Shown here one piece after another: positions 10,246 through 21,310 of a stretch of DNA of 64,000 bases (position 1 is the first letter of the stretch; the number at the start of each line of letters is the position of its first letter). The translations under genes and the position numbers were made by a program. This stretch comes from Gammaproteobacteria bacterium (GTDB lineage: Bacteria; Pseudomonadota; Gammaproteobacteria; Ga0077536), in NCBI GenBank assembly GCA_963662545.2, contig CAXXLL010000003.1:320001-384000 (forward strand), read 5' to 3'. The notes below the pieces were generated by a model that was given only the letters and a program-made list of their open reading frames with translations, searched no databases and was not told where the DNA came from.

Positions 10246-11466
10246 TTATCTGGCGTTCAACACGACGCGCCACGCCGTCGCGACCGAGAAGCAAAAACAG
10301 AACGCGATGCCGTAAAAAACCTCAACGTAGAATCCGTAGTCCAGCATCTTGCCGAATACGAATGGTCCGACGGCGAGGCCGACATCGAGACCGGAGTAAA
10401 CCACACCGTAGACGCGCCCAGTCGCGCCGACCGGCGTCACGGACCGGATCAGCATATCTCGTGAGGGACCCGAGAGGCCGGAGCCGAAACCCATAAGCAC
10501 CATCAGGGCGAAGATATAAACGCCCGAGAAGATCTGCAGCCCCACAAGCACGGCGCCGACCGCCGATAAGCTCAGCGCAATGGTGATGTTCCGTTCCAGC
10601 GATCGTCCGCGCATCACGAGCCAACCCCCGGCGATCATACCGAGCGCACTCGACAGCATATAGATCGTAATGCTGAGCGCGGCCACCGTCACCGCCATGC
10701 CGTAGGCGTTCATGAAGATGGTCGGCGCGAAATTCTGCACACCGCCGAGCGCCGCGGAGATGAACAGGAAAAACGCGAAACACCACCAGGTAGAGGGATC
10801 GCGCAGGAAGCGGAAGGTCGATTTGCCCTGGCTGTCGCCGGACATCGCGGGATCCCCGCCGTTGCCCAGTTTGAGGGCCGTACGGTTGAACGCCAGGAGA
10901 GCAATCACGATTAGCGGCAAGGCGGCGGCGGCCAGCACGGCCGTGCGCCACCCGAACGGCGTAGCAATACCGACGAGAAAGACGGGGGCAAACGCCCAGC
11001 CCAGACTCCCCGACAAGCCATGCGCCGAATAGGCCGGCCCCAGCCGCGGGACGCTGATCCGGTGATTGATCAACCAGAAGTCGACCGGATGGAATACGGC
11101 GTTGCCGAGCCCCGCTAACGCCGCGCCAATGAGCAGCATGCTGTAATCGTCGCTCGAGGCCAGTACTGCCGCGCTGACCGACAGGCTCAAAAGGCCGGCG
11201 ATCAATGTTCGCACCGCGCCATATCGATCGACTATGAAGCCGGAAACGGCCTGAAAACCGCCTGAGACGACGAAAAACACCGTCATCAAGAATCCGAGCT
11301 GGGCGTAGCTGAAACCAAACTCGGCGCGCAGCCAAGGAAAGAGCGGCGCCAGGATAAGGTGAAAGAAGTGACTGACAAGGTGCGCACTGCCGACGAGGCC
11401 CATGATGCGGGCGTCCTCGCTCCAGGTCGCGGTTTTGATCCCGATGGCGTCTGCCCGGTCAGTCAT
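10246..11466 (-). CDS. MFS transporter (FsR-like)
   Basis: HLVSHFFHLILAPLFP, GFIVDRYGA, GLGNAVFHP; start codon uncertain. Confidence 0.88.
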   Translation of the reverse strand: MTDRADAIGIKTATWSEDARIMGLVGSAHLVSHFFHLILAPLFPWLRAEFGFSYAQLGFLMTVFFVVSGGFQAVSGFIVDRYGAVRTLIAGLLSLSVSAAVLASSDDYSMLLIGAALAGLGNAVFHPVDFWLINHRISVPRLGPAYSAHGLSGSLGWAFAPVFLVGIATPFGWRTAVLAAAALPLIVIALLAFNRTALKLGNGGDPAMSGDSQGKSTFRFLRDPSTWWCFAFFLFISAALGGVQNFAPTIFMNAYGMAVTVAALSITIYMLSSALGMIAGGWLVMRGRSLERNITIALSLSAVGAVLVGLQIFSGVYIFALMVLMGFGSGLSGPSRDMLIRSVTPVGATGRVYGVVYSGLDVGLAVGPFVFGKMLDYGFYVEVFYGIAFCFCFSVATAWRVVLNAR

Positions 11467-11654
11467 GTCGAAATTGTTCCAACCCATCGGGGACTCTGTA
11501 GGAGCCCGATCGCCGGCGAATAGAGCGCGCTTCCGCACTCGATATACAACGGGAGAATCAATCCACCGCGATCAGGCCTGCATTCCATGACCTCGAGTCC
11601 GATCACGCGCCGTGGCATTGATGCCCGGCGGGATGAATCGTTAATTGCGATGCT

Positions 11655-12071
11655 TCAGGAATCGCCCTCGACAACTTTCCGGCCATAAGCGGCGGTTTCA
11701 ACCAGCGCGGTGTCGAGATACTCGGCGACCTTGGTGATCTTACCGTCCTTTACGGTGAATACGAACACATATTCGTTGTCGTAGTCCTTACCGAAAATAG
11801 TCTTGGCTGAGCCGCTCGCAAGCGCCACCACGCGCTCGCCTTCGCCGATCAACTCGTCGGCCTTGACGACGAGATCGCCGTCAATTTGCTTTCGCCAAGG
11901 CACGAAGAATTCGTTCACCAGCTGATCGAGGCCGCGATAGACGCCAGAGACCGGGGTCGTGCCCTTGAGGTCGTAGACGATGTCGTCGGAAAAGAGCGCG
12001 AAAGCGGCCTGGGCATCGCCCACCGCGATGTGGTCAAACCACTGTTGCACGATTTTCTGCGTTTCGGTCAC
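11655..12071 (-). CDS. NTF2/SnoaL-like protein
   Basis: EGERVV...YDNEYVFVFTVKDGKITKVAEYLDT. Confidence 0.85.
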   Translation of the reverse strand: MTETQKIVQQWFDHIAVGDAQAAFALFSDDIVYDLKGTTPVSGVYRGLDQLVNEFFVPWRKQIDGDLVVKADELIGEGERVVALASGSAKTIFGKDYDNEYVFVFTVKDGKITKVAEYLDTALVETAAYGRKVVEGDS

Positions 12072-12381
12072 GATGCCAACCCCTGCACGGCCTTAGCCAA
12101 AAAAATAGGAACGCACCATAACCCGGAGCGCGGCCTGGATCCATGAACGCATTCGAGGATCTGAATCGGAGGAGACGATGACCGGCTGTTCGCCCGCAAG
12201 CGGGCTCCGACGGCGTCCCCGATAGATCGGCGAAATCTCGATTAGTAGGAGCCCGCTTGCGGGCGAATTGAGCACCACTCCCTACTCCAAATTCAACGGG
12301 TGGATCACTCACATGCCGCCAACCCCGCAACCAATTACGCATTACCATAGTGATGAATCCCAACACCAAACGGAGCACCGA

Positions 12382-13380
12382 ATGAAGGCCATTCTGAGCA
12401 AAGCCCCTGGCGGACCGGAAACCTTGACCCTCGAGAACGTTAACGCCGCCGAACCCGGCAACGGCGAAGTCCGTATTCGCGTGCGCGCCTGCGGCGTCAA
12501 TTATCCGGATACGCTCATGATCGAGGACAAGTACCAGTTCCGGCCGGATCGGCCGTTCTCTCCAGGCGGCGAGGTGTCCGGTGAAATCGACGCGGTAGGC
12601 GAAGGCGTCACGGGATTCGCGCCGGGCGATACCGTCATCGCGCTCGTCGGTTGGGGCGGTATGGCGGAATACGTCGTCACGCCGGCGAGCAAATGCGCGC
12701 CCATGCCGGACGGCATGCCCTTCGATCAGGCCGCCGCTTTCATCTTTACCTATGGCACGACCTATCACGCTCTCAAGCAGCGCGCGGCATTAAAAGCGGG
12801 CGAGACCCTATTAGTACTGGGCGCCGCGGGCGGCGTCGGCCTCTCTGCGGTCGAACTCGGACGCGCCATGGGCGCGCGCGTCGTCGCGGCCGCCTCCAGT
12901 GATGAGAAAGTCGAGTTAGCCAAGGCACACGGCGCGTCGGTAGGTATCGTCTACGAACGCGGGCCGTTCGATAAGGACGGCACCAAGGCGTTATCCGCGC
13001 AGTTCAAAGAAGCGACCGCGCCCGACGGTGCGAACGTCATCTACGACGCCGTGGGCGGCGATTACGCCCAAGCCGCACTGCGGGCGATCGCCTGGCAGGG
13101 CCGCTTCCTCGTGGTCGGTTTTCCCGCCGGGATCCCCAGCATCCCGCTCAACCTGGTGCTGCTCAAGGGGTGCCAGATCGTCGGCGTCTTCTGGGGCTCG
13201 TTTACCGACCGCGAAGCCGAGACGAACCGTGACAACAACCGCGAACTGATGGCACTCTACGCATCCGGCAAGATCAGGCCGCATGTGTCGAAGCGTTATC
13301 CGCTGGCCGAGGCCGGCCAGGGGATCAGCGACCTGGCGGAACGGCGGGCGCTGGGGAAGATCGTCGTGATGCTCGATTGA
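12382..13380 (+). CDS. NADPH:quinone oxidoreductase (MDR family)
   Basis: GVNYPD, PFSPGGE, LGAAGGVGLSAV, GKIVV. Confidence 0.93.
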   Translation: MKAILSKAPGGPETLTLENVNAAEPGNGEVRIRVRACGVNYPDTLMIEDKYQFRPDRPFSPGGEVSGEIDAVGEGVTGFAPGDTVIALVGWGGMAEYVVTPASKCAPMPDGMPFDQAAAFIFTYGTTYHALKQRAALKAGETLLVLGAAGGVGLSAVELGRAMGARVVAAASSDEKVELAKAHGASVGIVYERGPFDKDGTKALSAQFKEATAPDGANVIYDAVGGDYAQAALRAIAWQGRFLVVGFPAGIPSIPLNLVLLKGCQIVGVFWGSFTDREAETNRDNNRELMALYASGKIRPHVSKRYPLAEAGQGISDLAERRALGKIVVMLD

Positions 13381-13403
13381 AGTGTAAAAGGTAAGGGCGC
13401 ATC

Positions 13404-13432
13404 TTGACACGACCACGCGAGATGCCTATAAA
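13404..13432 (+). promoter_or_regulatory. Sigma70 promoter
   Basis: TTGACA (13404-13409), 17-bp spacer, TATAAA (13427-13432), directly before the riboswitch. Confidence 0.8.
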
Positions 13433-13438
13433 CGTGAA

Positions 13439-13492
13439 TAGCGCCGATTTGATCATCAGCTTGCGGGCGCGTTAGAAGTACGGCTAAAGCGA
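13439..13492 (+). ncRNA. SAM-II class riboswitch aptamer
   Basis: GCGCC-GATTTGA...TTGC-GGGCGC...GCTAAAG matches the SAM-II layout (P1 GCGCC/GGCGC, GAUUU, UUGC, GCUAAA); upstream of a Met-pathway PLP enzyme. Confidence 0.85.
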
Positions 13493-13498
13493 CAACTT

Positions 13499-13537
13499 AA
13501 AACCCGCTGTGGCCGTGCCGAGCGGGTTTTTTCGTTT
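13499..13537 (+). terminator. Intrinsic terminator-like hairpin in the riboswitch leader
   Basis: AAAACCCGCT...AGCGGGTTTTTT stem plus U tract, just before RBS GGAG and ATG 13549. Confidence 0.75.
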
Positions 13538-13548
13538 GGAGTCTCACC

Positions 13549-14781
13549 ATGAAAGCGACAGGATTCACCACCACAATCATACACGCGGATCGCCAGGACG
13601 GGATCGAGCACGGCTCGCTACACAAACCGGTACATCACTCAGTCGCGTTCGGCTATGAGGACGCTCAAGATCTGGCCGCTGTCTTTCAAGGCCGTAACGC
13701 CGGCTACTCCTACGGACGGCAGGTGAATCCGACGGTCAACGCGCTTGAGCGGAAACTGACGAAGATGGAACGCAGTGTCGCCTCGGTCGCTTTTGCCACC
13801 GGCATGGGTGCGATCGGTACGGCGCTGTTCGCGCTGCTGCGAAACGGCGATCACTTCATCTCGAGCTCTTTCTTGTTTGGCAATACGAACAGCCTCTTCA
13901 ACACGTTTGCCACACACGGCATCGACGTCACTTTTGTCGATGCTACCGATGTGGAGAACGTGCGTGCTGCCATCCAGGAGAACACCAGGTTGGTATTCGT
14001 GGAGACGATCGCCAATCCGCGCACGCAGGTCGGCGACCTAGAACTCATCGGCGTTTTGTGTAGCGAGCATAGTCTCGTGTACTTCGTCGATAATACGATG
14101 ACGACCCCTTATCTGTTCCAGCCTATTGATGTCGGCGCGAGTTTAATCATCACCTCACTCACTAAGTACGTCGGCGGCCACGGTAACGCGCTGGGCGGAA
14201 TGCTCACCAACACGGGGCTGTTCGACTGGTCGAACTTTGAGAACATCCACGACGCCTATAAGAAAGGCGATCGGGCAACCTGGGGGCTCACGCAGATTCG
14301 CAAAAAGGGTCTTCGTGACTTCGGTGCATCGCTTGGGCCGGACGCTGCTCATCAGCTTGCGCTCGGGGCGGAGACACTCGCGCTGCGCATGGAACGCGCA
14401 TGCAGCAATGCTCAAGCGTTGGCGGAATTCCTCAATGGCCAAGATGCGGTGAAGAAAGTCTACTATCCAGGTCTCGAGGATCATCCGCAATATCCACTGT
14501 GCCGCAAACTATTCCGCTACCCCGGCGCGCTGCTCTCGTTCGAACTGCGGGACGATATTGATTGCTTTTCCTTTATGAACCGTCTGGACCTGACCGTACT
14601 ATCGAGCAACCTTGGTGACAACCGCACTTTGGCGATTCCTGTCGCGCACACGATTTATTACGAAATGGGTCTTGAGCGACGTGCCAGCATGGGCATAGAC
14701 GAGTCGCTTATCCGCATCTCTGTCGGTATCGAAGACCCCGAAGATCTGCTCGATGACTACCAGCAGGCGCTCTCTCTATGA
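13549..14781 (+). CDS. Cystathionine gamma-synthase / acylhomoserine sulfhydrylase family PLP enzyme
   Basis: YGRQVNPTV, ETIANP, VDNT, SLTKYVGGHG (PLP lysine), NLGD, LIRISVGIED. Confidence 0.93.
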   Translation: MKATGFTTTIIHADRQDGIEHGSLHKPVHHSVAFGYEDAQDLAAVFQGRNAGYSYGRQVNPTVNALERKLTKMERSVASVAFATGMGAIGTALFALLRNGDHFISSSFLFGNTNSLFNTFATHGIDVTFVDATDVENVRAAIQENTRLVFVETIANPRTQVGDLELIGVLCSEHSLVYFVDNTMTTPYLFQPIDVGASLIITSLTKYVGGHGNALGGMLTNTGLFDWSNFENIHDAYKKGDRATWGLTQIRKKGLRDFGASLGPDAAHQLALGAETLALRMERACSNAQALAEFLNGQDAVKKVYYPGLEDHPQYPLCRKLFRYPGALLSFELRDDIDCFSFMNRLDLTVLSSNLGDNRTLAIPVAHTIYYEMGLERRASMGIDESLIRISVGIEDPEDLLDDYQQALSL

Positions 14782-14995
14782 CCGGTACGGCAGTTTCGCT
14801 TGCAGTCGCAAACCGCCTACCCGCGGCAGTGCAGCACTCTTACAGATAGCGAACCCTGATCTCGCGAACTCTGATTGCATCGGAAGGTGCGTATGCGACG
14901 GCACTTGTCAGACCATCTTGAATCCAAGCGGTCAGTCTGTAAGAACGATTCCAAGTTTTTACAAATGAAGTGCTCGCTTGTGGGCGAATAAACCC

Positions 14996-15445
14996 TCATT
15001 GAGCCGGTGCCAAAATCTCCGGGATCTCCTCCAGATGCAGCGCATGAAACCGCCGTAACTGAAACTTCCACGCGTCACCGACCTTGATGTACTCGTCCTC
15101 GTAGAAGCCCGCGCCCTGCCAGCCCATGTCGTTGCGAGCACTGCGCAAGTCGAGGCAGCAGCGCCCCGAGGCACGATCGGGACCGGTCAGCTCGATGACA
15201 TGATTGTGGATGAAGGGCCGCGGCATAATGTGGGCGGCTTTGCGGTATAGATCATTGCGTGCGTCACGCCCCGCGAACGTCCGCTCGCCCGCCGCCGTGA
15301 TCACGACGAACACGCCGTCCTCGGTAAACAGATCGATCAGGCCGTCGAAATCATCCCGCCACACACAGTCGCAGTAGCGCAGCGGCAGATCGCGGATCGC
15401 TTCGCGCGCCAGTAATCCTTCGAGTCGTTCTTCCAGGGTCGCCAT
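14996..15445 (-). CDS. NTF2/SnoaL-like protein
   Basis: LLAREAIRDLPLRYC...D, GFYEDEY...WKF. Confidence 0.82.
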   Translation of the reverse strand: MATLEERLEGLLAREAIRDLPLRYCDCVWRDDFDGLIDLFTEDGVFVVITAAGERTFAGRDARNDLYRKAAHIMPRPFIHNHVIELTGPDRASGRCCLDLRSARNDMGWQGAGFYEDEYIKVGDAWKFQLRRFHALHLEEIPEILAPAQ

Positions 15446-15575
15446 GGGTTTCTCCCTTCTTACATCCGGCTCAGTATACGGTGCCCGGGAAGCTTAGAAA
15501 TACTACGGCGAGCCATACGACCTCACCGAATTCTGCAATAATCTCATCCTTCATTCGCCCAAGGGAGAGAACACT

Positions 15576-17420
15576 GTGCGGATCCTTGCCTGTCTCCTCG
15601 CCGTTATCGTCACAGTAGTCAGCCCCGTGTTCGCGCAAGACGCGGCCACGCCCGACGGTGAAAAGATCTACAAAGGGGCCTGCGCCCACTGCCACGACCG
15701 CAGCCTCCCCCGCATGCCGTCGCTCGCGGAGCTCAAGAAGAAAGACCCGCGCGATATCTTCTCCACGATCAGCGCCGGCCTGATGGCGCCGTATACGCGA
15801 AATCTGACCCACGCCGAGCGCCGCGCCGTCACGGAATACGCATCGGGCCAGTCGCTCGGCGACTTCGCCTCAGGCGCGGCCGCGATTCCGAAATCAGCCT
15901 TTTGCGCGAACAAACCCGACAAACCGATCCAGCACATCGACTCCGGCTGGAACGGCTGGGGGAATGATCTCGAGAACACCCGGTTTCAATCTGCCGAGCG
16001 CGCCGGACTCACCGCCGCCGACGTACCCAAGCTCAAGATGAAATGGGCCTTCGGCGTACCCGCCGTATCGACCATGTCGGGGCATCCCATCGTGGCTGAC
16101 GGCCGGCTTTTCTTCGGCACCTTCTCGGGGCTCGTGATCGCCTTGAATGCCGACACAGGCTGCGCGCTGTGGGCTTTCGAAGCCCTTGCGGGCGTTCGCA
16201 CCGCGTTGACGCTCGGTCAACTCGCCGACGGCACCGTGAGTCTCTTCTTCGGCGACCTGTCCGGCAAGGTCTATGCGATCGATCCCGAAACCGGCAAAGA
16301 GCACTGGAACATCGTCACCGATGATCATCCGCACGTGCGCATCACCGGCAGTCCGGTCTATCACGACAACCGGCTTTACGTGCCGATCTCATCGCTCGAG
16401 GAAATCGCGGGCGCGATGCCCGATTACGAATGCTGCACCTTCCGCGGCGGTGTAATGGCGGTGGATGCGGCGACGGGCGAGTCGATCTGGAAGCGCCACA
16501 CCATTGCCGAAGCGCCGAGCAAGCGCGGCAAAAATCCCGTCGGCGCGCAACTCTGGGCACCCTCGGGTGCTGCTGTTTGGACCGCGCCCACCCTCGACCC
16601 GGATAGCAACACGATCTACATCGTCACCGGTGACAGCTACTCGGATCCCGCGGCGCCGGAATCCGACGCCGTGATGGCGCTCGCGATGGACACGGGCGAG
16701 ATCAAGTGGATCCAACAGACCTTGGCCGGCGACGCCTTCAACATCGCCTGCACCGATCCCTCGCCTGAATCGCAGGTTGCCTGTCCCGCATCGAACGGGC
16801 CGGATCACGACTTCGGCAGCTCGCCCGTGCTCGTGACCCTCAACGGCGGGCGCCGCATCTTGCTCGCGGGCCAGAAGTCGGGACAGCTCTATGCGCTCGA
16901 CCCGGCGACCGGTGAGATCCTGTGGGTGACCGAAGTCGGCGACGGCGGCATCGTCGGCGGCATCGAATGGGGTTTCGCGGTGGACGGGGAGAAGGCCTAC
17001 GTCGCCATCGCCGAAGCCTGGGAACAAGAGGCGGGTGAAGCAGGCGGAATTACGGCGGTGAATATCGCCGACGGCAGCGTCGCCTGGGAAGTCGACCCGC
17101 CGCAAAGCACCTGCGACGGCCGCGAGCGGTGTAATACGGGACAGCTCGCCGCGGTGAGCGGCATGCCGGGCATAGTGTTCTCCGGCAGTCTCGACGGACA
17201 TCTTCGGGCGTATTCAATCGAAGACGGCACGGTCGTCTGGGACTACGACACGCGGCAGGATTACGACACGGTGAACGGCACCCCCGGACGCGGCGGATCG
17301 CTCAACGGCCCCGGCCCCGCCATTGCGAACGGCCACGTTTACGTCGTTTCAGGTTACGCCATGTGGAACCTGTGGACACCGGGCAACGTGCTGATCGCGT
17401 TCAGCGTCGACGGCAAGTAA
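15576..17420 (+). CDS. PQQ-dependent dehydrogenase with N-terminal cytochrome c (polyvinyl-alcohol dehydrogenase-like)
   Basis: Signal peptide, CAHCH heme motif, ECCTFRG, repeated ALD..TG...W beta-propeller motifs, GQKSG, GGIEWG. Confidence 0.9.
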   Translation: MRILACLLAVIVTVVSPVFAQDAATPDGEKIYKGACAHCHDRSLPRMPSLAELKKKDPRDIFSTISAGLMAPYTRNLTHAERRAVTEYASGQSLGDFASGAAAIPKSAFCANKPDKPIQHIDSGWNGWGNDLENTRFQSAERAGLTAADVPKLKMKWAFGVPAVSTMSGHPIVADGRLFFGTFSGLVIALNADTGCALWAFEALAGVRTALTLGQLADGTVSLFFGDLSGKVYAIDPETGKEHWNIVTDDHPHVRITGSPVYHDNRLYVPISSLEEIAGAMPDYECCTFRGGVMAVDAATGESIWKRHTIAEAPSKRGKNPVGAQLWAPSGAAVWTAPTLDPDSNTIYIVTGDSYSDPAAPESDAVMALAMDTGEIKWIQQTLAGDAFNIACTDPSPESQVACPASNGPDHDFGSSPVLVTLNGGRRILLAGQKSGQLYALDPATGEILWVTEVGDGGIVGGIEWGFAVDGEKAYVAIAEAWEQEAGEAGGITAVNIADGSVAWEVDPPQSTCDGRERCNTGQLAAVSGMPGIVFSGSLDGHLRAYSIEDGTVVWDYDTRQDYDTVNGTPGRGGSLNGPGPAIANGHVYVVSGYAMWNLWTPGNVLIAFSVDGK

Positions 17421-17440
17421 ATCGAGGGAGTGACTGCGCC

Positions 17441-18289
17441 ATGGCTGCGCAAATCCAAGCGACCGATATCAAGCTGCATTACGCCACTATCGCTGAAGCT
17501 AAAAAGATGTCGGGCCTGCGCCTCGTCCTCGGCGCTTATCCGATTCCGGGGCCGTGGCGCGAAGCCTGCAAGGGCTTGTTCTACGTCAAGGGTATTCCGT
17601 ACACACCGGTCGTCACCGGCAACGAAGGGACATCAGACCTCCTGGTCGGCATGGACGATTCCCAAAGCGAGCTCGTCGCCTGGACCGGGCAGGCGAGCGC
17701 CCCCGTCGCGATCTGGAATGACGAACTGCCGCGGTCCAAATGGATCGATCAATTGAATCTCGCCGAACGGTTGGAGCCGGAGCCGCGACTGATCCCCGAG
17801 GATGGCGGCCTGCGCATGCAAATGTTCGGTCTCCTCAATGAACTGGCTGGCGAGAACGGCCTCCTCTGGCTGAAGCGCCTCGGCATGGCGCATGGCCCCT
17901 TGCAAAGTCTGCCCGCGGAACATGACGGGCGGGCGTTTTGGGAATTCCTGGGTGCCAAATACGGTTATACGCCGACGCGCGCCGAAGCCGCGCCCGCGCG
18001 CATAGTGAACACACTGAATGCGTTTCATGAGCAACTCGCTGCGCAGAAAAGCCGTGGCAGCAAATATCTGATCGGCGACAGTCTCTCCGCGGTCGACATC
18101 TACTGGTCGACGACTTGCGGGCTGTTGGATCCGCTACCGGATGATCTCTGCCCGATGGCGAGCGGGTTTCGGAACCCATCGGCTTACGGTTGCGATAATG
18201 CGGAGATCGACAAGGCCTTGACGCCGGAACTCCGCGCGCACCGGAAGTTTATTTACAACGATTATCTCGAGCTGCCGATCGTTTTCTAA
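17441..18289 (+). CDS. Glutathione S-transferase-like protein
   Basis: PGPWREACKGLFYVKGIPY N-terminus; YLIGDSLSAVDIYW GST C-terminal motif. Confidence 0.65.
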   Translation: MAAQIQATDIKLHYATIAEAKKMSGLRLVLGAYPIPGPWREACKGLFYVKGIPYTPVVTGNEGTSDLLVGMDDSQSELVAWTGQASAPVAIWNDELPRSKWIDQLNLAERLEPEPRLIPEDGGLRMQMFGLLNELAGENGLLWLKRLGMAHGPLQSLPAEHDGRAFWEFLGAKYGYTPTRAEAAPARIVNTLNAFHEQLAAQKSRGSKYLIGDSLSAVDIYWSTTCGLLDPLPDDLCPMASGFRNPSAYGCDNAEIDKALTPELRAHRKFIYNDYLELPIVF

Positions 18290-18310
18290 GTAGAGATTCC
18301 AAAGAATAAT

Positions 18311-18727
18311 TCAGCGTTTGTCGCAAACGTGACCGTTCTTTTCGATTTCCTGGGGCGTCGGCGGCGAAACGCCGAATTTAAAGTCGCCCAGCGATTCGCT
18401 GCATTGGCGCATCTGCTTGAGCCCCGGTGAACTGGCGATCTTCTTGCTGTCTGCGATAGCTGCAGACAGTGCCTCTTCGCGTTTGCCGGCGGTACAAAGG
18501 GCGGAGACTTTTTTGCCCATGGCCTCGCCTTCGATACGGAGGTTTTCGAGGACGCTTTGATCAACCTTGGCCATGCAAGCCTGCATTTTCTGGGCTTGTT
18601 CCATCATTTGGCGCATCTGGGCTTCGTTTGGGGCTTGCTGGGCGGAAACGGGCGCCAGTGCAACCATCAAGACAGTGATGGCTATAACCAGGCTCACCCG
18701 TTTCCAAAAATTAGTTAAACGCCGCAT
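18311..18727 (-). CDS. Hypothetical exported helical protein
   Basis: Signal peptide, Gln/Met-rich helices, four Cys. Confidence 0.6.
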   Translation of the reverse strand: MRRLTNFWKRVSLVIAITVLMVALAPVSAQQAPNEAQMRQMMEQAQKMQACMAKVDQSVLENLRIEGEAMGKKVSALCTAGKREEALSAAIADSKKIASSPGLKQMRQCSESLGDFKFGVSPPTPQEIEKNGHVCDKR

Positions 18728-19009
18728 CGCCAAGCTCCTCCTAATTTATCGTCTTCAGTAGCTAACAAAAGAGGGTATACATAAAGTTGAAATTTTTTCG
18801 AGGGCCATTCAGCAATTCCAATAACTCGAATTTTGCCGGAATTATTTCGAGGCATTAGCTAAGTAACCTCTAAAGAATTATTCGACCCGGAATCCGCAAC
18901 GGTCAAGCTTTCCGCTTTTCGGCCGATTATTCGGAGGATCCGGCAGGTCGCGGACGCGGCGTCGAATAGCAACAACGTCGAAAATCTCCGAAAAACACAC
19001 AAGGATCTT

Positions 19010-19873
19010 ATGCACACAAGCCCTGAAGCATTGATCGCCCAGACGACGGACCTCGTTTCGTTACCGCACATCTATCTGCGGGTCAAAGGCGTAATGGAAG
19101 ATCCAGAAACGTCTATGGCAGATCTGACCGCGGTCGTGTCGCACGACCCCGCGCTTATAGCGCGGCTGCTCAAGCTCGCGAACAGCGCGTTCTTCGGTTT
19201 CACCACCAAGATCGACACCATCGACCGTGCGGTCAATCTACTCGGTGCACAGCAGATCCACGACCTCGTGCTGGCGACAACCGTCGCCGACGCTTTCTCG
19301 AAAATGTCTCCGCATACGATCACGATGCATGATTTCTGGACCGACAGCATTCATTGCGGTCTGCTGGCCAAGTCGTTCGGAAGTGCCTGCGGCTTGTTCG
19401 ACGCTGAACGGTTTTTCGTCGAGGGCCTGCTCTACGACCTCGGTCACCTGATACTCGATCAATGCGTACCCGAGGCCTGCGCCGCCGCATTCGAGCGTGC
19501 GCACGAAGAGGCGCGCCCCGTCCATCTGGTCGAGCGCGAAATGATCGGCTGTGATTACGCGCAGGTCGGCGCAGCCTTGATGAAGAGCTGGAGTTTCCCG
19601 GGCGGTTTCGTGGAAGCGGTGCGCTGGCAGAACGAACCGGCCGAGGCCGCGGCATTCGCCCTCGAGGCTGCCGTAATGCACACCTCGGTCACCATGCTCC
19701 GCGCCGATCGCACGGAACTCGACTGCGACGCGGTCTTCGCCATCCTCGACCCGAGTGCGGTCGAGGTCACCGAAGCTAACGCCGACATCTTATCGGACGT
19801 GCGCAGCGAAGCGGCCGAAGCGTTGACGGAAACCGTCGAACTGTTGTTTCCGCAAGCGCGACTCTGCGCCTGA
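19010..19873 (+). CDS. HDOD domain protein
   Basis: LVSLP, DPALIARLLKLANSAFFG, AVNLLG, GLLYDLG. Confidence 0.92.
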   Translation: MHTSPEALIAQTTDLVSLPHIYLRVKGVMEDPETSMADLTAVVSHDPALIARLLKLANSAFFGFTTKIDTIDRAVNLLGAQQIHDLVLATTVADAFSKMSPHTITMHDFWTDSIHCGLLAKSFGSACGLFDAERFFVEGLLYDLGHLILDQCVPEACAAAFERAHEEARPVHLVEREMIGCDYAQVGAALMKSWSFPGGFVEAVRWQNEPAEAAAFALEAAVMHTSVTMLRADRTELDCDAVFAILDPSAVEVTEANADILSDVRSEAAEALTETVELLFPQARLCA

Positions 19874-20088
19874 CACATTCTATCGGGCACAATTAGGGGC
19901 CGAAGCGCCAAGCCGGGTTTCATCCAACTCCGCTATAGCCAGTGATCCACCGGGATCCGGGCCGTAAGCCACGGTCTTCATCCATCCGCGATCGAAATCC
20001 TGGGGCAACTCCGTCGTCACGCCTACCTCAAAGAACGCCTGCCGCCGCCGCTATACCCTAAACAGGGGAATTAATACAAGAACGGCAG

Positions 20089-21310
20089 ATGGAAAGCCCG
20101 AATAAAAGATTGATCCAGGCCTGGCTAGACTTACAGTGCACCATGGTCCAGGGTACGGTGCGCGCGGCCGTGCTGGTGGGTGACGGGCGAGTCGGGGCTG
20201 CTGATCCGATCGCCATATGGCCGCCGCGGACGATGCTGACGGCGCCCATGCTGTCGGCCGCAAAGCTGGCGCTCAACGAACAGCGTCAGGTCGTCGAAGC
20301 ACTTGCGCTCACCGCCGGCTCCGATGTCGCGCAGGGTTGCGACGTGATCGCCACGCCGCTGGTCGTCGACAACCGCACCATCGGCGCCGTCGTCATTGAA
20401 ATGACGGCGCGCATGAAACAGCGCCAGGATGCTGCACAACAGGTTTTATCTTGGGGCGGCACGTGGCTTGAATCGGTCATCGAGCATCTCAACGCCGGGC
20501 CCAACCTGCGTCTCAACATCGTCGTCGAGACCATCGGAGAAGCGGTTAAACACGAGGCCTTCGGCGCCGCCGCGGCTGCCGTGGCCAGTGCACTCGGCCG
20601 GCTGCTCGAATGCACACGCGTGTCGGTCGGCTTCCGAGATCGCGTGCAGGTCACCGTCGTCGCCATTTCAAACACTGCGCGCTTCGAGCAGCGAACCAAT
20701 CTGGTGCGCTCGGTTGCCGCCGCGATGGGCGAAGCCATCGATCAGGACCGGCGCCTATCCCTGCCAGACGACGATAGCCGGTCGCTGGCGCTGACGCGTT
20801 CGCATCAACACCTGCAGGCGGAATTCGGCTCGCGCGAAATCCACACGCTGCCGTTCTCGAACGCGGGCACTTTGGTCGGTGCGGTCACGCTCGAGCGCAA
20901 TCACGAACAGGTTCTGAACACCGAAGACATCGCCCTCGCCGAAACGGTGGTTAGCATCGTTGGCCCGATTTTACATACCAAGCGCAACGCGCAGCTTCCT
21001 GCGCTCAAGCGCACGACAATCGCGCTCGGCACCGAACTGCGTCGCTTTATCGAACCCGGCCACTTGAGTTTCAAGGCAGGCGTCGCTGCGGTCGCCACCC
21101 TCTTCTTACTCGCGTTGATCGTGCGTGTAAATCACGACGTCAAGGCCGATGCGACACTGGTCGGCCAGGTGCAGCGCGCTGTGATCGCTCCCTTCGACGG
21201 ATACATTGCGGAGGCGCCTGTACGGGCAGGCGACGTCGTCACTTCGGGTACTGTCATGGGCCGCCTCGACGACCGCGATCTCAAGCTCGAACGCGCTAAG
21301 TGGTCGGGAG
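20089..21310 (+). pseudogene. GAF-domain HlyD-family adaptor, 3'-truncated by IS6
   Basis: GAF-like regions, TM helix, APFDGYIAEAPVRAGDVV lipoyl motif; frame runs into the IS6 IR at 21311 and the remainder is not in the window. Confidence 0.8.
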
